Made by a program: the position numbers and the translations under genes. DNA of 64,000 bases from Eledone cirrhosa (lineage: Eukaryota), in assembly GCA_964016885.1 (NCBI GenBank), contig OZ024740.1, forward strand, positions 201,004,001-201,068,000, written 5' to 3'. The notes under the pieces were generated by a model. That model was given only the letters and a program-made list of their open reading frames with translations. It was not told the DNA's origin and made no database searches. The first letter of the stretch is position 1; every line of letters starts with the position of its first letter. Shown here piece by piece: positions 25,561 through 39,603 of the stretch.

Positions 25561-25573
25561 TCTCTCTCTCTCC

Positions 25574-25637
<64 letters not shown>

Positions 25638-25687
25638 TTGTGTGTGTGGTGTTTCTCTCTCTTACTCTCTCTCTCCCTCTCTCTCTC

Positions 25688-25725
<38 letters not shown>

Positions 25726-25787
25726 GTGTTTCTCTCTCTCTCTTTCTTTCTCTCTCTCTCTCTCTCTCTCTCCCTCTCTTCTCTCTC

Positions 25788-25836
<49 letters not shown>

Positions 25837-25878
25837 TATTTCTCTCTCTCTCTCTCTCCCTCTCTCTCCCTCTCTCTC

Positions 25879-25909
<31 letters not shown>

Positions 25910-26132
25910 TGTGTTTCTCTTTCTCTCTCCCTCTCTCCCTCTCTCTCCCTCTATATATATATGTGTGTGTGCGTGTGTGTGTGTGTGTGTGTGGTGTGGT
26001 GTTTCTCTCTCTCTCTCTCTCCCTCTCTCTCTCTCCATATATATATATATATGTGTGTGTCTGTGTGGTGTTTCTCTCTCTCTCTCTTTCTCTTTCTCTC
26101 TCTCTCTCTCTCTCTCCCTCTCTCTCTCTCTC
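25561..26132. repeat. Higher-order compound microsatellite [(CT)n(TA)n(TG)n-ggtgttt], about 7 units
   Basis: The ordered blocks are directly visible. Confidence 0.85.
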
Positions 26133-26262
26133 TGAAGGCGCGTGACTTAGTACTTTGTATATTAAGCTCACATTCGTAGGGCTGCAAGTTCGACTACGGG
26201 ACCAGACGTTGCATTGTGTTCTTGATCAAACTACGTTAATTCACGTTGCTCCAGGGTTGAGT
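26133..26262 (+). mobile_element. tRNA-derived CORE-like SINE
   Basis: gaaggcgcgtgacttagt...gttcgact...gtgttcttgatcaaac; related copies at ~35950-36120(-), 46381, 46825, 57190, 58195, 58715 and 62295-62437(-). Confidence 0.65.
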
Positions 26263-26554
26263 TGCGACGTCACTGGTGCCAAGCTGTAGCGATCATTACC
26301 TTCGACAACATTGGTGACACGGAGAGGAGACTGGCGTGCACGGGCAACTGCTGGTCTTCCATAAACACACCATACCCAGGCTCGTGTCTCAGAGAGGAAC
26401 TTTCTGGGTGCAAATCCATGGTTATTCGTGACCAAAGTGGGTCTAAAATACACACACAACATATATATATATACACACACACATATATATATATACACAC
26501 ACATATATATATATACACACATATATATATATGCATATATATATATATATATAT

Positions 26555-26820
26555 TTCGTTTCTGAATTTGTTTAGCAAGATTCTTTATCTGAAAACGTGT
26601 GTTGAAACCGATATTGTTATACTTTGGGAGGGTCAGTTGCTTTCACTTCAATTTATTATAATAAATTTATAAATTTAGGAATTTATAAATTTCCGGTTAA
26701 TTGGTTGGTTCCACAACCAGATGGTTGTTTATATATTGACAAAGTTCTTTCGTCACATATTCTGTGACCTCTTCAGTGACTGTGGATTCTTTTCTTTGTT
26801 TTTGTGCTTCTCCTTTGTTC

Positions 26821-26822
<2 letters not shown>
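26555..26822 (-). mobile_element. Neptune-family pLTR fragment with HHR (26738-26780)
   Basis: Homologous to 56490-56730. Confidence 0.8.
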
Positions 26823-26852
<30 letters not shown>

Positions 26853-26859
26853 TATATAC

Positions 26860-26892
<33 letters not shown>

Positions 26893-26924
26893 AAGGTTTA
26901 CATATATATATATATATGTGTGTG

Positions 26925-27215
26925 TTTTGCAACGGGTCACTTTGTGGCTCAATGAAAAGTTAATAAATTAAATAATCAGAGCTATATATCATAAAACATG
27001 TCTATAGAATCACCAGATAAAATATATACCGTTTCCTCTCTCAATTAGCATAATTAACCATATAAAAAATCAATTAGACCAAGCTATAAGTGATTTCTTC
27101 ATAGGAGCTTTTATTCTTATAGCTTGGTCTAATTGATTTTTTATATGGTTAATTATGCTAATTGGGAAAGGAAACGCTATATATTTTATCTGGTGATTCT
27201 ATAGATATGTTTTAT
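26925..27215 (-). mobile_element. Fold-back piece of the 686-bp family
   Basis: Arms ~26990-27090 and ~27115-27215. Confidence 0.75.
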
Positions 27216-27239
27216 TATATATATATATATATATATATA

Positions 27240-27988
27240 TAACGGCGATGAATTAGTTTTGCGAGGTTTTTTATATGAATCGTGTGTCGAAACAAATATT
27301 GTTATACTTGGGGAGGGTCATATTTGTGTAATAATATTGCCAGAATTAATAACAGAACACACTTACTGTTTGGTTGGTTTTCGCTTCTGTGTCTATTATA
27401 TCGGTTAATTTAATTTATTCGGTCCTCAATGTTGCCATTGACTGACCAACGGTCAAAAATACAGATACAATATAGACACAAACACATATATATAGTCTAA
27501 CAAAGATCTTTCGTTGCACATCTGCAACATCGTCAGTTGTGCTATTATGTTTCCTCCCGTTGTATTGTATGGCTACGCCATCTTTATTTAGTCTGTTTAT
27601 TTATTTATTTATTTATTTATTTTTGTCTTCTCTGCACATGCGTTTGCGTGTGTGTATAGTGTTTTGTTTGATGTGTGTTCCTGTTTGGGTGACTGTGTAT
27701 TGGTTATTGTATTCTATCTTAATTTACTAGTGTGTGTTTATATGTGTTTGTTGTTATTGTGCTTGTGTATGTATTTATTTATTTATTTATTTATACTTCT
27801 CTTAGGTCAGTGTTGTTTGTTTGGGTGTTGTTGTTATTCCATTCATTTTTTCTGTTTAGCTTTGGCCTTCAAAGTTCTATTTCGATGGCCTCTCTGATTT
27901 GCCTATCTGCTGGGTCATTTCTATGTTTAGATATTATTCTAATTTCTATGTTGTCTATGTTACCGTCATGTTGTTGTCTGACATGTTC

Positions 27989-27990
<2 letters not shown>
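27240..27990 (-). mobile_element. Diverged Neptune-type PLE 3' end with HHR at 27499-27540
   Basis: HVRQQHDG...RQIREAIEI endonuclease tail; CTGACGA-t-gttgca/tgcaac-GAAA-gatc-TT. Confidence 0.75.
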
Positions 27991-28041
<51 letters not shown>

Positions 28042-28102
28042 TAGGAAAAAGAATTTGAAAATGCAATTTGAGTCTTTAAGGATGTTTATTTACAATAACC
28101 TG

Positions 28103-28145
28103 TAACTTTACAGGTTTCACAAATTTCATGATTTTCAAAAGTTAA
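28103..28145 (-). ncRNA. Minimal hammerhead, U3-A8 variant (decayed)
   Basis: taactt-TTGAAAA-...-GAAA-cctg-TA-aagtta. Confidence 0.6.
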
Positions 28146-28179
28146 GAGGGATTGAGAGATGTAGGTATTTCGGCTCCTT

Positions 28180-29230
28180 CTTCAACGATCCCAGATCTAC
28201 CCGCGGCCAGCTCCTAATGCAAGCGACGAAACTCCTACACAATAGCACTATCTTTAGTGAGTCTTATCTTGTGACTCTGTCCACTTCAATGCGTCAGAAC
28301 ATGAAATTCGATGGGTCTGATGATATGACTGATCGAGACGTCTCCATCTACCTCAATGTGCAAGACGTACCATTCTCATTTTTGGGCCACATGTAGTATC
28401 CTGCTTTCTCAACTGCCTCCGATAATGCCCTTGAAAGGTGTTTCCTTTCCTTTGCCGCCAGTCTAAGGCCACTGAGAAGCGAGTCAATTTTGGTTCCGAC
28501 AAATCCTCTGACCCTGAATTAACAGGGAAGCATGAAGCCTCCTACTTACAGGTTTCACCGAGTTTAACTTGCACATAATACTTCTTGCCATTCCTGTTGA
28601 ATGAATCAGCGATGTTCGCCTCCTAAGAGAGAGTAATCTTCATCTTCTGCATGTTCCTTTCCTTGTACCCCAAGAGGAGTTCGGATATCTTGGTGGTAAA
28701 ATGGTGTAAGTGGTATTTTCTCTCCACCGCTATTTTTTGTCTCTCACTGTTGGGTATCCTCTTCCTCCTCTCTTCCACTGCATCAGCTAGTACTCTAAGC
28801 ACATAGTTATGCCACCATGTATATTTTTTCTAAAGACCCAGTGGGCAACTTGACAGTATGTATCTCATCGTTCAAGCCCTTTCGCATTTGCACAAGTCCC
28901 TTTCTTTCTTCTACTTTCCAATGTTTTAGGTTTGTAGGACTAGCAAGCATGTCTTAGACAGAGCGAACCAAACTACCTCCCACATCAGATCAAGCAGGAG
29001 AACTGCGTGTGTTTAAGCTACTGTCGTTTTCCATGCCCATGTTCATTTCTGGCCCGTTAATGAGATTACCAGTGGCCCTTATTCTCCCCCGGATTCCTGG
29101 GCTGTGTAGACATATCTCCCTATTTGCCTTTGTTCCGTGAGATTTTGTCTGGTGAGACTGCCACCACGGCCACGAGCTTGTGGTTACAAATCACGTTGCC
29201 GCCTAATATGAACATGATCCCTTTTCTCTC
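28180..29230 (-). mobile_element. Decayed non-LTR retrotransposon 3' region with CCHC and restriction-like endonuclease (Hero-like)
   Basis: Reverse-strand remnants DLCKC, HILSSCP, WWHNYVLRVLA and RGFVGT. Confidence 0.6.
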
Positions 29231-29842
29231 CAGTCACGAGTACTCTTCACTCGAGTTGTGAGTACATTTCACCGCAGTCAAAATATATCCATCCATACAT
29301 CCATACATACATGCTTGAGAGAGAGAGAGTGTATGTATGTCTGTAAATGTGTATATGTGCGAGAGTGTGTGCTTTTGTGCTTGTGTCTTTCTATTCGTGT
29401 GTGTGTGTGTGTGTGTCTGGGTTTGAGCCGTCCACATATTACATTCTTACGGCAGTCCTCACCATAACATAAAAATGTCACCGATAGCTTTAGAATAATT
29501 ATGCACTTTGCAACGCCATCTCATTATTAATAAAAAATAATAACACCGATAAATCGATTTACATTTGAAAGTATCAAAACATAACAATTATCGAACATTT
29601 ATTATACGTGATATTCATTGGGAGTGTAGGAGGTCAGACTAATGGAAGATTACGGCAGAGCAGATACATTTAGAACAAAAAAGTGTACACCATTACTCTG
29701 TTTATATGGTTCGTTTTCAACGTATGTGTGGTTGTGCGTGTGTGCGTCTGCGTATGTTTGTGTGTGTTTGTGTATGTGTGTGTGTTTGTCTGTATGTGTC
29801 CATTATATATCTATAATTATTTGTGAAGAGTATGTGAGTATT

Positions 29843-29891
<49 letters not shown>

Positions 29892-29952
29892 GAAATGCCA
29901 TGACACTCATAATTTTGATTTAGATTAAATTCACTTGATTTATCTTAATTTT

Positions 29953-30033
<81 letters not shown>

Positions 30034-30221
30034 AAGAGAGAGAGAGACAAAGAGAGAGATGGATAGATAGATAGATCGTTATATTTATTTAGTCATATAT
30101 ATGTATAATATTTCTGCTCTGCTTATACGCATAGAGCTTAACTAGCTACCGTCGCATATTTGGTAGGTCAGGCGTGATCATCGCGATTCACATACGACCT
30201 ACCATACATCTTGCTTATATG

Positions 30222-30257
<36 letters not shown>

Positions 30258-30259
30258 AA

Positions 30260-30291
<32 letters not shown>

Positions 30292-30604
30292 TATACATGC
30301 ATACACACAAACAGGAATCCATTTATACATATAAACATACATATAGTACATATGTCCGTACCTATATATAAAAACACTCACCGTTTTTGATATCCAGAAA
30401 AACGGTAAATAGTATCTTATTGTCCAAATATGTCTGAACTGAAGTTAGAAGGATAAACATATTTTTATTCATTTTTATTAATATTGAAACTGGAAAGTAG
30501 GCGTGTTTTCAACAACAATGCACATAGATACACACACACACACGCACACACACACACACACACGCGCGCCGACGTTTTATTCTTCTTGGTGCAATACTTG
30601 CTTG

Positions 30605-30632
<28 letters not shown>

Positions 30633-30637
<5 letters not shown>

Positions 30638-31588
30638 AGGGTTGACGGACCCAGCATATTTATCAATGCCAGTACCGGTTGTATCTCAGCGCACTCAATG
30701 GGCAATATAAGATACATTACCAGAGTATACACAAAGTTATTTGCTTCAACACAACACACGTAAAACGGGTGCCTTTAAGGTTTCCCGGACTCGAGTTTCT
30801 GCCGCACTAATGCAGCAGTAAGGTGCACTGCACCATCTGTCTGCATATATTATGCAACAATGCACAATCGGCTTATGCGGCTTCATCAGCGGGTATTGCC
30901 TAATCAATAACCAATCAATCGACAGAATCCTAAGACCAGTCCAAGCCGGTTATGACTGTTTGTGACGACTGACACGGTAAAGCTATTAGCAACTGGCACC
31001 CGATAGGACTCTATCTCTCAACTAACCACTGATTTACAAATTTTACGTGGGGACGGGAAGCTAGAAAGAATCAATCTTTTCGTTCCTGTCAGAAGCCCTC
31101 AGCCAACGTGTCTCACACACAAATAATCAAGGGGTGAAAAGATGGCCATTAGAAATAGCAGTTCAGATTAATATAAAATAGAATGGTAGCATTCGGTTCA
31201 TGTCTCCAAGCCCCATGGCTAAAGAAAAGCGATGGTAACAATGGTAGTGCCAAGAACCTTTAATGGACTTTAAATGCGATCATCCATTATATAGTAATAT
31301 AGTAGCGAGCTGAAATGTGTCAGCCGCGTGCGTAGATAACCAGTCTATTTCACAACTTAAAAGAGTGAGAGACAAAATTATTAGCAGGAAAAAAAGTGCA
31401 TATCAAAACAAAAACACAATAAAAAGTGAAAAATTGTTTAACTTACTCTCAATTGTCCGCTCGTTGGGAGATAATAATAATAAGGGTTGACGGACCCAAC
31501 ATATTTATCAATGCCAGTACCGGTTGTATCTCAGCGCACTCCATGGGCAATGTAAGATACATTCCCTGAGTATACACAGTTATTTGCA
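30633..31588 (-). mobile_element. ~845-bp non-coding unit with ~115-bp terminal direct repeats; HHR-bearing
   Basis: aataagggttgacggaccc repeats at ~30634 and ~31479. Confidence 0.8.
30784..30893 (-). ncRNA. Hammerhead ribozyme with branched long helix II and GUC site
   Basis: cccg-CTGATGA-a-gccgca...tgcggc-a-GAAA-ctcgag-TC-cggg. Confidence 0.85.
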
Positions 31589-31609
31589 TATATATAAAGG
31601 TAATATCCG

Positions 31610-31800
31610 TAGTAGTAGAGCACTCAGTCCATGGGACGAGTTTGGTAGGAGTAGTAACACAACAGTTAGTTCACCATACCGAGTACAATTGTTTCACCTT
31701 ATGTGGATCTTCAACTCGGACTGATATCCGTCCGAGCTGAACATCCGCATAAAGTGAATCAATTGTTCTCAGTATGGGGAACTAACTGTTGTGTTACTAC
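31610..31800. repeat. Small fold-back element with two opposed decayed HHRs (31679-31719 minus, 31732-31773 plus)
   Basis: Consensus ccgag-CTGAAGA-tcc..ggt-GAAA-caattg-TA-ctcgg. Confidence 0.7.
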
Positions 31801-31827
31801 TTATATATATATATAAAACAAACTTTA

Positions 31828-31889
31828 TATTTTATCTGATGAGTGCGTACGAAAGTTTTTGGTACCCTTGAAATATATATAATAGAATA
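31828..31889 (+). ncRNA. Minimal type-I hammerhead ribozyme
   Basis: tattttat-CTGATGA-gtgcgtac/gtaccctt-GAAA-tatata-TA-atagaata; related to the pLTR at 7258-7453. Confidence 0.75.
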
Positions 31890-32024
31890 CATATGGTTTT
31901 ATAAATATAGTTTCCAGTTATTTAATATCATTGATATTATACTCCAGAAAATTTATCGAGTGCTTCGAATCAGTTATAAACATATATATTTGTTGAATTA
32001 CCAACAAATTAAATATCCCTTTTG

Positions 32025-32117
<93 letters not shown>

Positions 32118-32120
<3 letters not shown>

Positions 32121-32542
32121 TATGTACACGTACATGCATATATGTATACAGACGTACAGTAGTATGTATATACATACATGCACACACATATATATGTACG
32201 TATGGATTCACCGAACATTTATTATAATGCTCGGTGTATTTGTAAACAAACATCCCGTATTAAGCCGTAGTGTCCAGCGTTCCTTTGTCAGTGTTGAACA
32301 AACGAGCAACGATGGTTTCTAGACACTGTACTGCTTAATACGGGATGTTTGTTTACAGACACACCGAGCATTATAATAAATGTTCGGTGAATCCATACGT
32401 ACATATATATGTGTGTGCATGTATGTATATATATATACATACTACTGTACGTCTGTATACATATATGTATGTACGTGTACATACTTATATTTAAGTAACA
32501 GCCGTACTAAGAGTGGGAAATGAAATTTCGTTTCATTTTTCC

Positions 32543-32547
<5 letters not shown>
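32118..32547. mobile_element. Fold-back copy of the 420-bp HHR family
   Basis: Inverted arms joined at ~32275. Confidence 0.85.
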
Positions 32548-32599
<52 letters not shown>

Positions 32600-32604
<5 letters not shown>

Positions 32605-33268
32605 ATACTTTGGGAGGGTCAAGTTGCCAATAAGAAACACACGCACCAATTGCTTTCACTTCAATTTATTATAATAAATTTATAAATTTCCGGTTGGTTC
32701 GTTGGTTCCACAACCAGATGGTTGTTTATATATTGTCAAAGTTCTTTCGTCACACATTCTGTGACCTCTTCAGTGACTAGGGATTCTTTTCTTTGTTTTT
32801 GTGCCTCTCCTTTGTTCTGTCCTACGCCATCTTGTTTCTGTGTGTGTGTTGTGTGCTCAGTCTGCGCATACGCCACATCCAGGTGTCTGTGTGTGTTTAT
32901 ATTCGTTTATTTATTTGTTTATTTACATGTTACTGGTTGGTTGTTTGTTGTATGTGCGTGTGTGTTTTCATTTTGTCCTTAATTGTAAGTTGTGATGTTG
33001 CTGTTCCACTCATGTTTTCTATTTAATTTTGGTTGTAATTCTTTTATGTTTATTGCCTCTGTGATTTGTCTAAACATTGCGTCTTTTCTGTGTGTAGATT
33101 CTATTTTTATTTCTATGTTCTCTAATTTACCCTTATGTTCTATTTTAGCATGTTGGTAGAGTACAGATGATTCTTTACTATCTTGAAGGTCTCGCCAGTG
33201 TTCATTTATCCGTTCCCCTACACTAGAAGCTGTCTCACCTATGTACACTATATTACACCTATGTACAC
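32600..33268 (-). mobile_element. Neptune-type PLE 3' fragment (GIY-YIG C-half plus pLTR, HHR at 32735-32777)
   Basis: YIGETASSVGERINEH...RQITEAINI; near-identical to 56055-56730. Confidence 0.88.
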
Positions 33269-33289
33269 TATATATATATATATATATAT

Positions 33290-33432
33290 ATAACAAAGGA
33301 GGTGTGGTAATGAACCAGATAGACCATAACGCACCAAAGTAATCAATACTTAGGGTAGTAGAGTGGGTAATAGGAGAAAGTATGACCCCGACGGCAGAGC
33401 TCAAGCCGTTTCGACGGCTATTTCTGGACTGT
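33290..33432 (-). mobile_element. pLTR fragment with HHR 3' half
   Basis: GAAA-cggc...gccg-TC-gggg; another copy at 54838-54978. Confidence 0.65.
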
Positions 33433-33450
33433 ATATATATATATATATAT

Positions 33451-33517
<67 letters not shown>

Positions 33518-33584
33518 GCGGGGGGAGAGAGCGAGAGGGAGAGAGAGGGAGAGAGAGGGAGAGAAGAAGAGATTTAAAAGACAA

Positions 33585-34140
33585 CAGAAGGCCTGACTTG
33601 AAATATTCTTTTAATGTTGAAAATACGTATTTCTGTGGCCTGTTTACATCATCAGATCATGACGTACGACATTGGTGATGTCACCAAGTGTGGATTACAA
33701 AGATTAGGGAATTAATAACAAGATTGATTATTATTATCCTTATCATTAAGGGCGGTGGATTGGCAGGATCGGTAAAGGGTCGCACGCCAAGCTTCCATTA
33801 GAATTTAATACCTATTTTCCTAACCTTATACAATTAATACTTTTCACAACTCTTTATAATCTACCGACCCACAATACTTAGCATTGCTCTCTGTGTGTTC
33901 CACTCGGAGGTGGTTGGTCACAATAATAGCAGCAAATGGTCATCTCCAAATCAAGTCTATACTGTTTATATTTGCCGTAATGTTGCTATCGATTTCTTAC
34001 TCTTTGCAATCCACACCTGATGACATCACCAAAGTCTTACGTCATGATTTGATAATGTAACCAGGCCATAGAATTACGTATTGTGATTTAGCAACATTAA
34101 AAGAATATTTCGAGTCAGGCCTACTGTTGTCTTTTAAATA
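33585..34140. repeat. Diverged inverted repeat (33585-33700 and ~34005-34138) with HHR remnants
   Basis: cac-CTGATGA...GAA(A/T)-tacgta-TT-gtg. Confidence 0.6.
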
Positions 34141-34334
34141 GATATTTAACTCCGTCCCTGCCTCAACCAGGAGATACTACATTCACGATAGATGATTTGC
34201 ATAACGCCGAGTGTGTTACTTAATACATCATGTTTTGCTAACCGGAATGACCAGATCTACCTATTGGTATATAAATGGTATATAAATACTGTAAATGGTA
34301 AATAAATATATTAAATACTGTAAGTGGTAAATAA

Positions 34335-35340
<1,006 letters not shown>

Positions 35341-35679
35341 TTCCAGTAGCAAATGTTGAGTTTAGCTCGATTTCTTTTATAAATGTTTTATTGTCTTTCA
35401 TGTTTTCTTTTTCTGCTTGAATTATCCACCGTTAGCCACAGTAACCTACCCAGTGTTGATGTGACAGACAATGTTCAGTGCACCTTTTCTAGCACCTTCC
35501 CTGGAATTTGGGTGAGCAGTGCTCTCCCTAATAGGGCTACTCAGTCACAGGAGCCTCCACCGGAGTTAGCCCATGTCACCGGAAGACACAACAAAGATGT
35601 TATGATAAGACCCCTGCCGCCTATGTTACCAATAGCTCTCGGGTGCAACTTGACATACATTAAATTTGCCATCATATCC

Positions 35680-35790
35680 TCCCAAATGTGTTGGGCAGGC
35701 CATGTCGCACGTATGAGTTATGAGAGACTCCCAAAACAACTATTTTACAGCCAAATGCACACTGGAAAACTCCCTCAGCACAAACCAGCC
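35680..35790 (+). mobile_element. RTE-clade LINE C-terminal fragment
   Basis: WAGHVARMSYERLPKQLFYSQ. Confidence 0.65.
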
Positions 35791-36406
35791 ATGGCGGGTT
35801 CAGTGTTATGTGTGTATGTTGTTGAAAATTCGTCGGTTCCAATGACGTGTGTTCCAGTTGTTCAACAATCTGAACGACATGTTCGTCGTATTTACGTACT
35901 GAACATTCCACAGAAACCTGTTCCCTCGGGGAGAATCAACGCGATACATCGTGTAAAAAAAATCCTGGCCTTTTGAATTACATGTACAACTCATTTTTCC
36001 AGCTGAATGGACCGCAGCAACGCGAAATAAAGTGCTTTGCTGAAAGACTAAATGCGACGTCGTGAATCGAAATTATGATCTCCAGTCGAACACTCTACCC
36101 ATTAAACCACTCACCTTCACAATCCATAGTTATAATACACAGACAATTAAGTATCCTAAATGTAGAAACACGATTACCAAGCTAATTACTCTCTCGAGTG
36201 AATTATTAACAACTTAGAGGATAATAATATCAACTTCATATCAGTGGAGATTACATAATTTTCCGTCATATTTTCAGAAAATGAGATGTAGCAGAGTTGA
36301 ATTTTGGAATCTATTTACGTTTATTTCCGACTATAAGACGACTAAATTCTATAAAAGCAACTTCCTTTGCTCCCAACTGTCCTGAAATTCTTTCTCCCCA
36401 ACCTTT

Positions 36407-36572
<166 letters not shown>

Positions 36573-36789
36573 ATGCATATGTATCGCTGATTGTTTACTT
36601 CGAAATATAGCCGACGATAATAGTTTATCAAAACCACTAATTTCTCCGAAACTTCCAATAGTCACCATTAATAACAATTACACATAAATACATAATTGCT
36701 GCATCTCGGATTCGTGAATTGCCATTTCTTGCCCTTTTTTCGTATACATGGGTGACACGAAAGTGACTTTTTAGTCTTTTCAATGGCTT

Positions 36790-37745
36790 AGATTCCTTTC
36801 TGCATATGCCGCAGTGGCAACATAAAAAAAGAAAAAACCATGCTCACGCAACACTAAGGAAAGTCGTTTTGAGAAAGTGATGCCTGGTCTTGAAGCTTTT
36901 TTAAATAAAGAAATGCCTTGCACTGGATCAATCCCACTCTCTGAACAATAGTGACATCTATCCAAAGAGAACAGGTCAACATCATTTGCTACTATCAAGT
37001 CACAGGTTTTACATCAGAGTTGTCCTTCTCCTAGAATGATATCTTAACAAGAATAAGAAGTCTCTCACTCCTGGTGGGCTAACCGCGAGCTCGGACACCA
37101 ACATACATGCATACATGGTGGCTGCCAACTCGTTTTCGAGTACGGTCACTACTTTATATCCATGTAGGAGAACCCCTACCGATACGCTGAACGAGTGTGA
37201 CTTTTTAGTCCAGCCAGCGACTTGAAAACCCTGGTACCAACACTACACTTGTGACAATTATTGACACATAGTGCTGGGCCCATGCTACCATATGACGACA
37301 AGTGCAGAGAGATCTCCAGATATAAAGCAATGCCTGTGCTGTGAAGCTTTTATAGTGAGCAAAGGCACTGCACAAAGCCAGTCCCACTCTCTTAACCAAG
37401 ATGATATTTACCAAAAAGAAGAACAAGTCAACATCATTGGATACCATCAGGGTTGCAGGTGTTATATCAGAGTTTTCCTTCTCCTAGAATTCTGCCTTGA
37501 CAAAGGCTAAGGGGTCATCTCTCCTGGTGATTTTGGATGGCCATTGACTCTTAAGAGCTCCTTGGCCCTTTGACAGGTTTTCTTTTTAGTCCTCCAGGAT
37601 GTCAAAATTCCCCCTCCTCACCAAGAAACCTTGGTGGGGTTGCCAGTTTAGTCGCCAACGACCCGACCATGAGACAGGTTGTACTGGGATACATGTTACC
37701 AGTAGCACCAACTGGTGACCTGACATACATACATACATACATACA
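36790..37745 (+). repeat. Two related interspersed repeats; the second ends in (CATA)n
   Basis: catcagagtt(g/t)tccttctcctagaat at ~37012 and ~37467; similarity to 16695-16785. Confidence 0.55.
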
Positions 37746-38059
37746 TGCATGTTCTAACACAGAAATAAAACTCTTTTATAGGATTATAGATACCATCAAG
37801 CCTTTAATAGTGTATATATCTCTCTATGTATTTGTGCATGTGTATGCAGATATGGATGTCACTGCATGTATGGATCTGTATGTTGTGAGCTATATGTGAA
37901 CATATTATGATTCTATACCTATACGTGTTTGTATTTAGTTATTAAATGTTAAATTTCTAGAATGCTTTAAATATGTTTACGTCTCAAAAACTGTACTTGA
38001 AATTTATTAATTAACCATGCTCTTACTTGTTCTGTGAAACCCATCTTCTCAGGATTTCT

Positions 38060-38600
38060 GCCGAAACCCTCGGGACTGCGATAGGAAAACTTGAAATAAG
38101 AAAGCACCAGGAAGTTACTTGATTGTCATCTATTCTTACAAGTAATTGACTTAAGTATCTCATCAACCTTTACCAGCAAGCTCTCAACGGAAATATACTG
38201 GTTGACATTAACAGAAACATGATTGGTCCCCCAAAACAAAAAGACCCACTTAGCAAAAAGCTAACGATGGATTGCATGCCAGAATTGCATGTATGAAATG
38301 TATACAGTCTATGTGAAACTATTTTCCGAGGATCACAGTGACAATAATATAACAGGTAATTAAACAGCTGGGAAGAAATGGGTTTCTACGTGTTCTGAGC
38401 TACTCCTAATTAGCAAAACCACGGTGCCAGAGGAGCGGTGATATAGAAAGAACTTGATTACAGTCTGTCTGGGTTACAAGAAAGCAATCGATTTCCCACT
38501 TTCTTGGAGGCTAGAAGCCGGTCGACTTGCAAAAAAACAAATACCATAATCAGGGCCACAGAAAAACTATATACATCATGGGTTACTATCCTGAAGTTAA
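38060..38600 (+). mobile_element. Heavily decayed R4-like RT fragment
   Basis: KKAPG-like and W.DYKKA.D-like remnants. Confidence 0.35.
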
Positions 38601-38779
38601 ATACAGGGAAGGAATACATGTATATATATGTATGTCACGAATGACAATGGGCTTACACCTGGAAAGTTCTTCACGATACAAGCCGAGACAAGGTGCTTTA
38701 ATGGAAGACCTGCAGTCGCTCATACATACCAATCTCCCCTCTCCCGTCGCTCTACCAATACTGCCAATTCACCGCCTGG

Positions 38780-38985
38780 CACTATCGGTAGAGGATCGGA
38801 CACCATGCTTTGACGCATAGAGTAGTGGCTCTTGTCATTCTGAGTTCAAATCCCGCCGAGGTTAACTTAACCTTTCATCCTTACGGGGTCGATAAAATAA
38901 AGTACCAGTCACGTACTGGGGTCGATTTAATCGACTTTCCCTTCCCCAAAAATTGCTGGCCTCTGCCTATATAAGAAACCATTGC
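38780..38985 (+). mobile_element. tRNA-derived SINE with Meta-like central domain
   Basis: gagttcaaatcccgccgagg...cctttcatccttacggggtcgataaaataaagtaccag; other copies at ~46465, 49335, 49465, 50600, 50866, 59600, 60850 and 61915. Confidence 0.7.
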
Positions 38986-39603
38986 TTAGCTCTAGGTCAT
39001 CCCAAATTGACTAGATCGATGATCAAAGCCGTTTCAGCTGTTACTAACCTGTCTTTTGTATACCTTTCTCTGGATGGTGAATTAGAAAAGTCTGTGCTCT
39101 GAGTTCAAACCCCACCGAAGTGAACATTGCCCTTCATTCTTTTGAGGTCGGCAAATAATGATCGAAACTTCCACTTCTCGATTTTATTTCACTTTCTCTT
39201 TCTCTCTTTCGTTAAAAATAATTGGTTGTGCTCAGACCAAGAGAGAGACGGCCTCCATCAGTTTAAAATGTTAAGAACTTGCCGTATATCATGACGGTGA
39301 CTCTACGACTATATCAGAACCGTAGTACACTGATCTATGGCTGGTTGGAAGGATGGATAGATAGATAGATTTCTTTATTAGCCACAAGGGCGCAACAAGA
39401 AAAGGGGACAATACAAAGACATGCCGGGGATTTTACATACAGTCGTGTAAAAAATATCAAAACAAACAATTACAACAATCGAAATCCCCAATAGGGGGAG
39501 GCACCACAAATGGGTTGTTTAATACCCCGTCGATAGAACAACCCTCAACTCCAGGAGCGTGTTGTGCAAGTGCTCCTTTCTTCCTTTTGCTCTCCTCTTC
39601 AAC

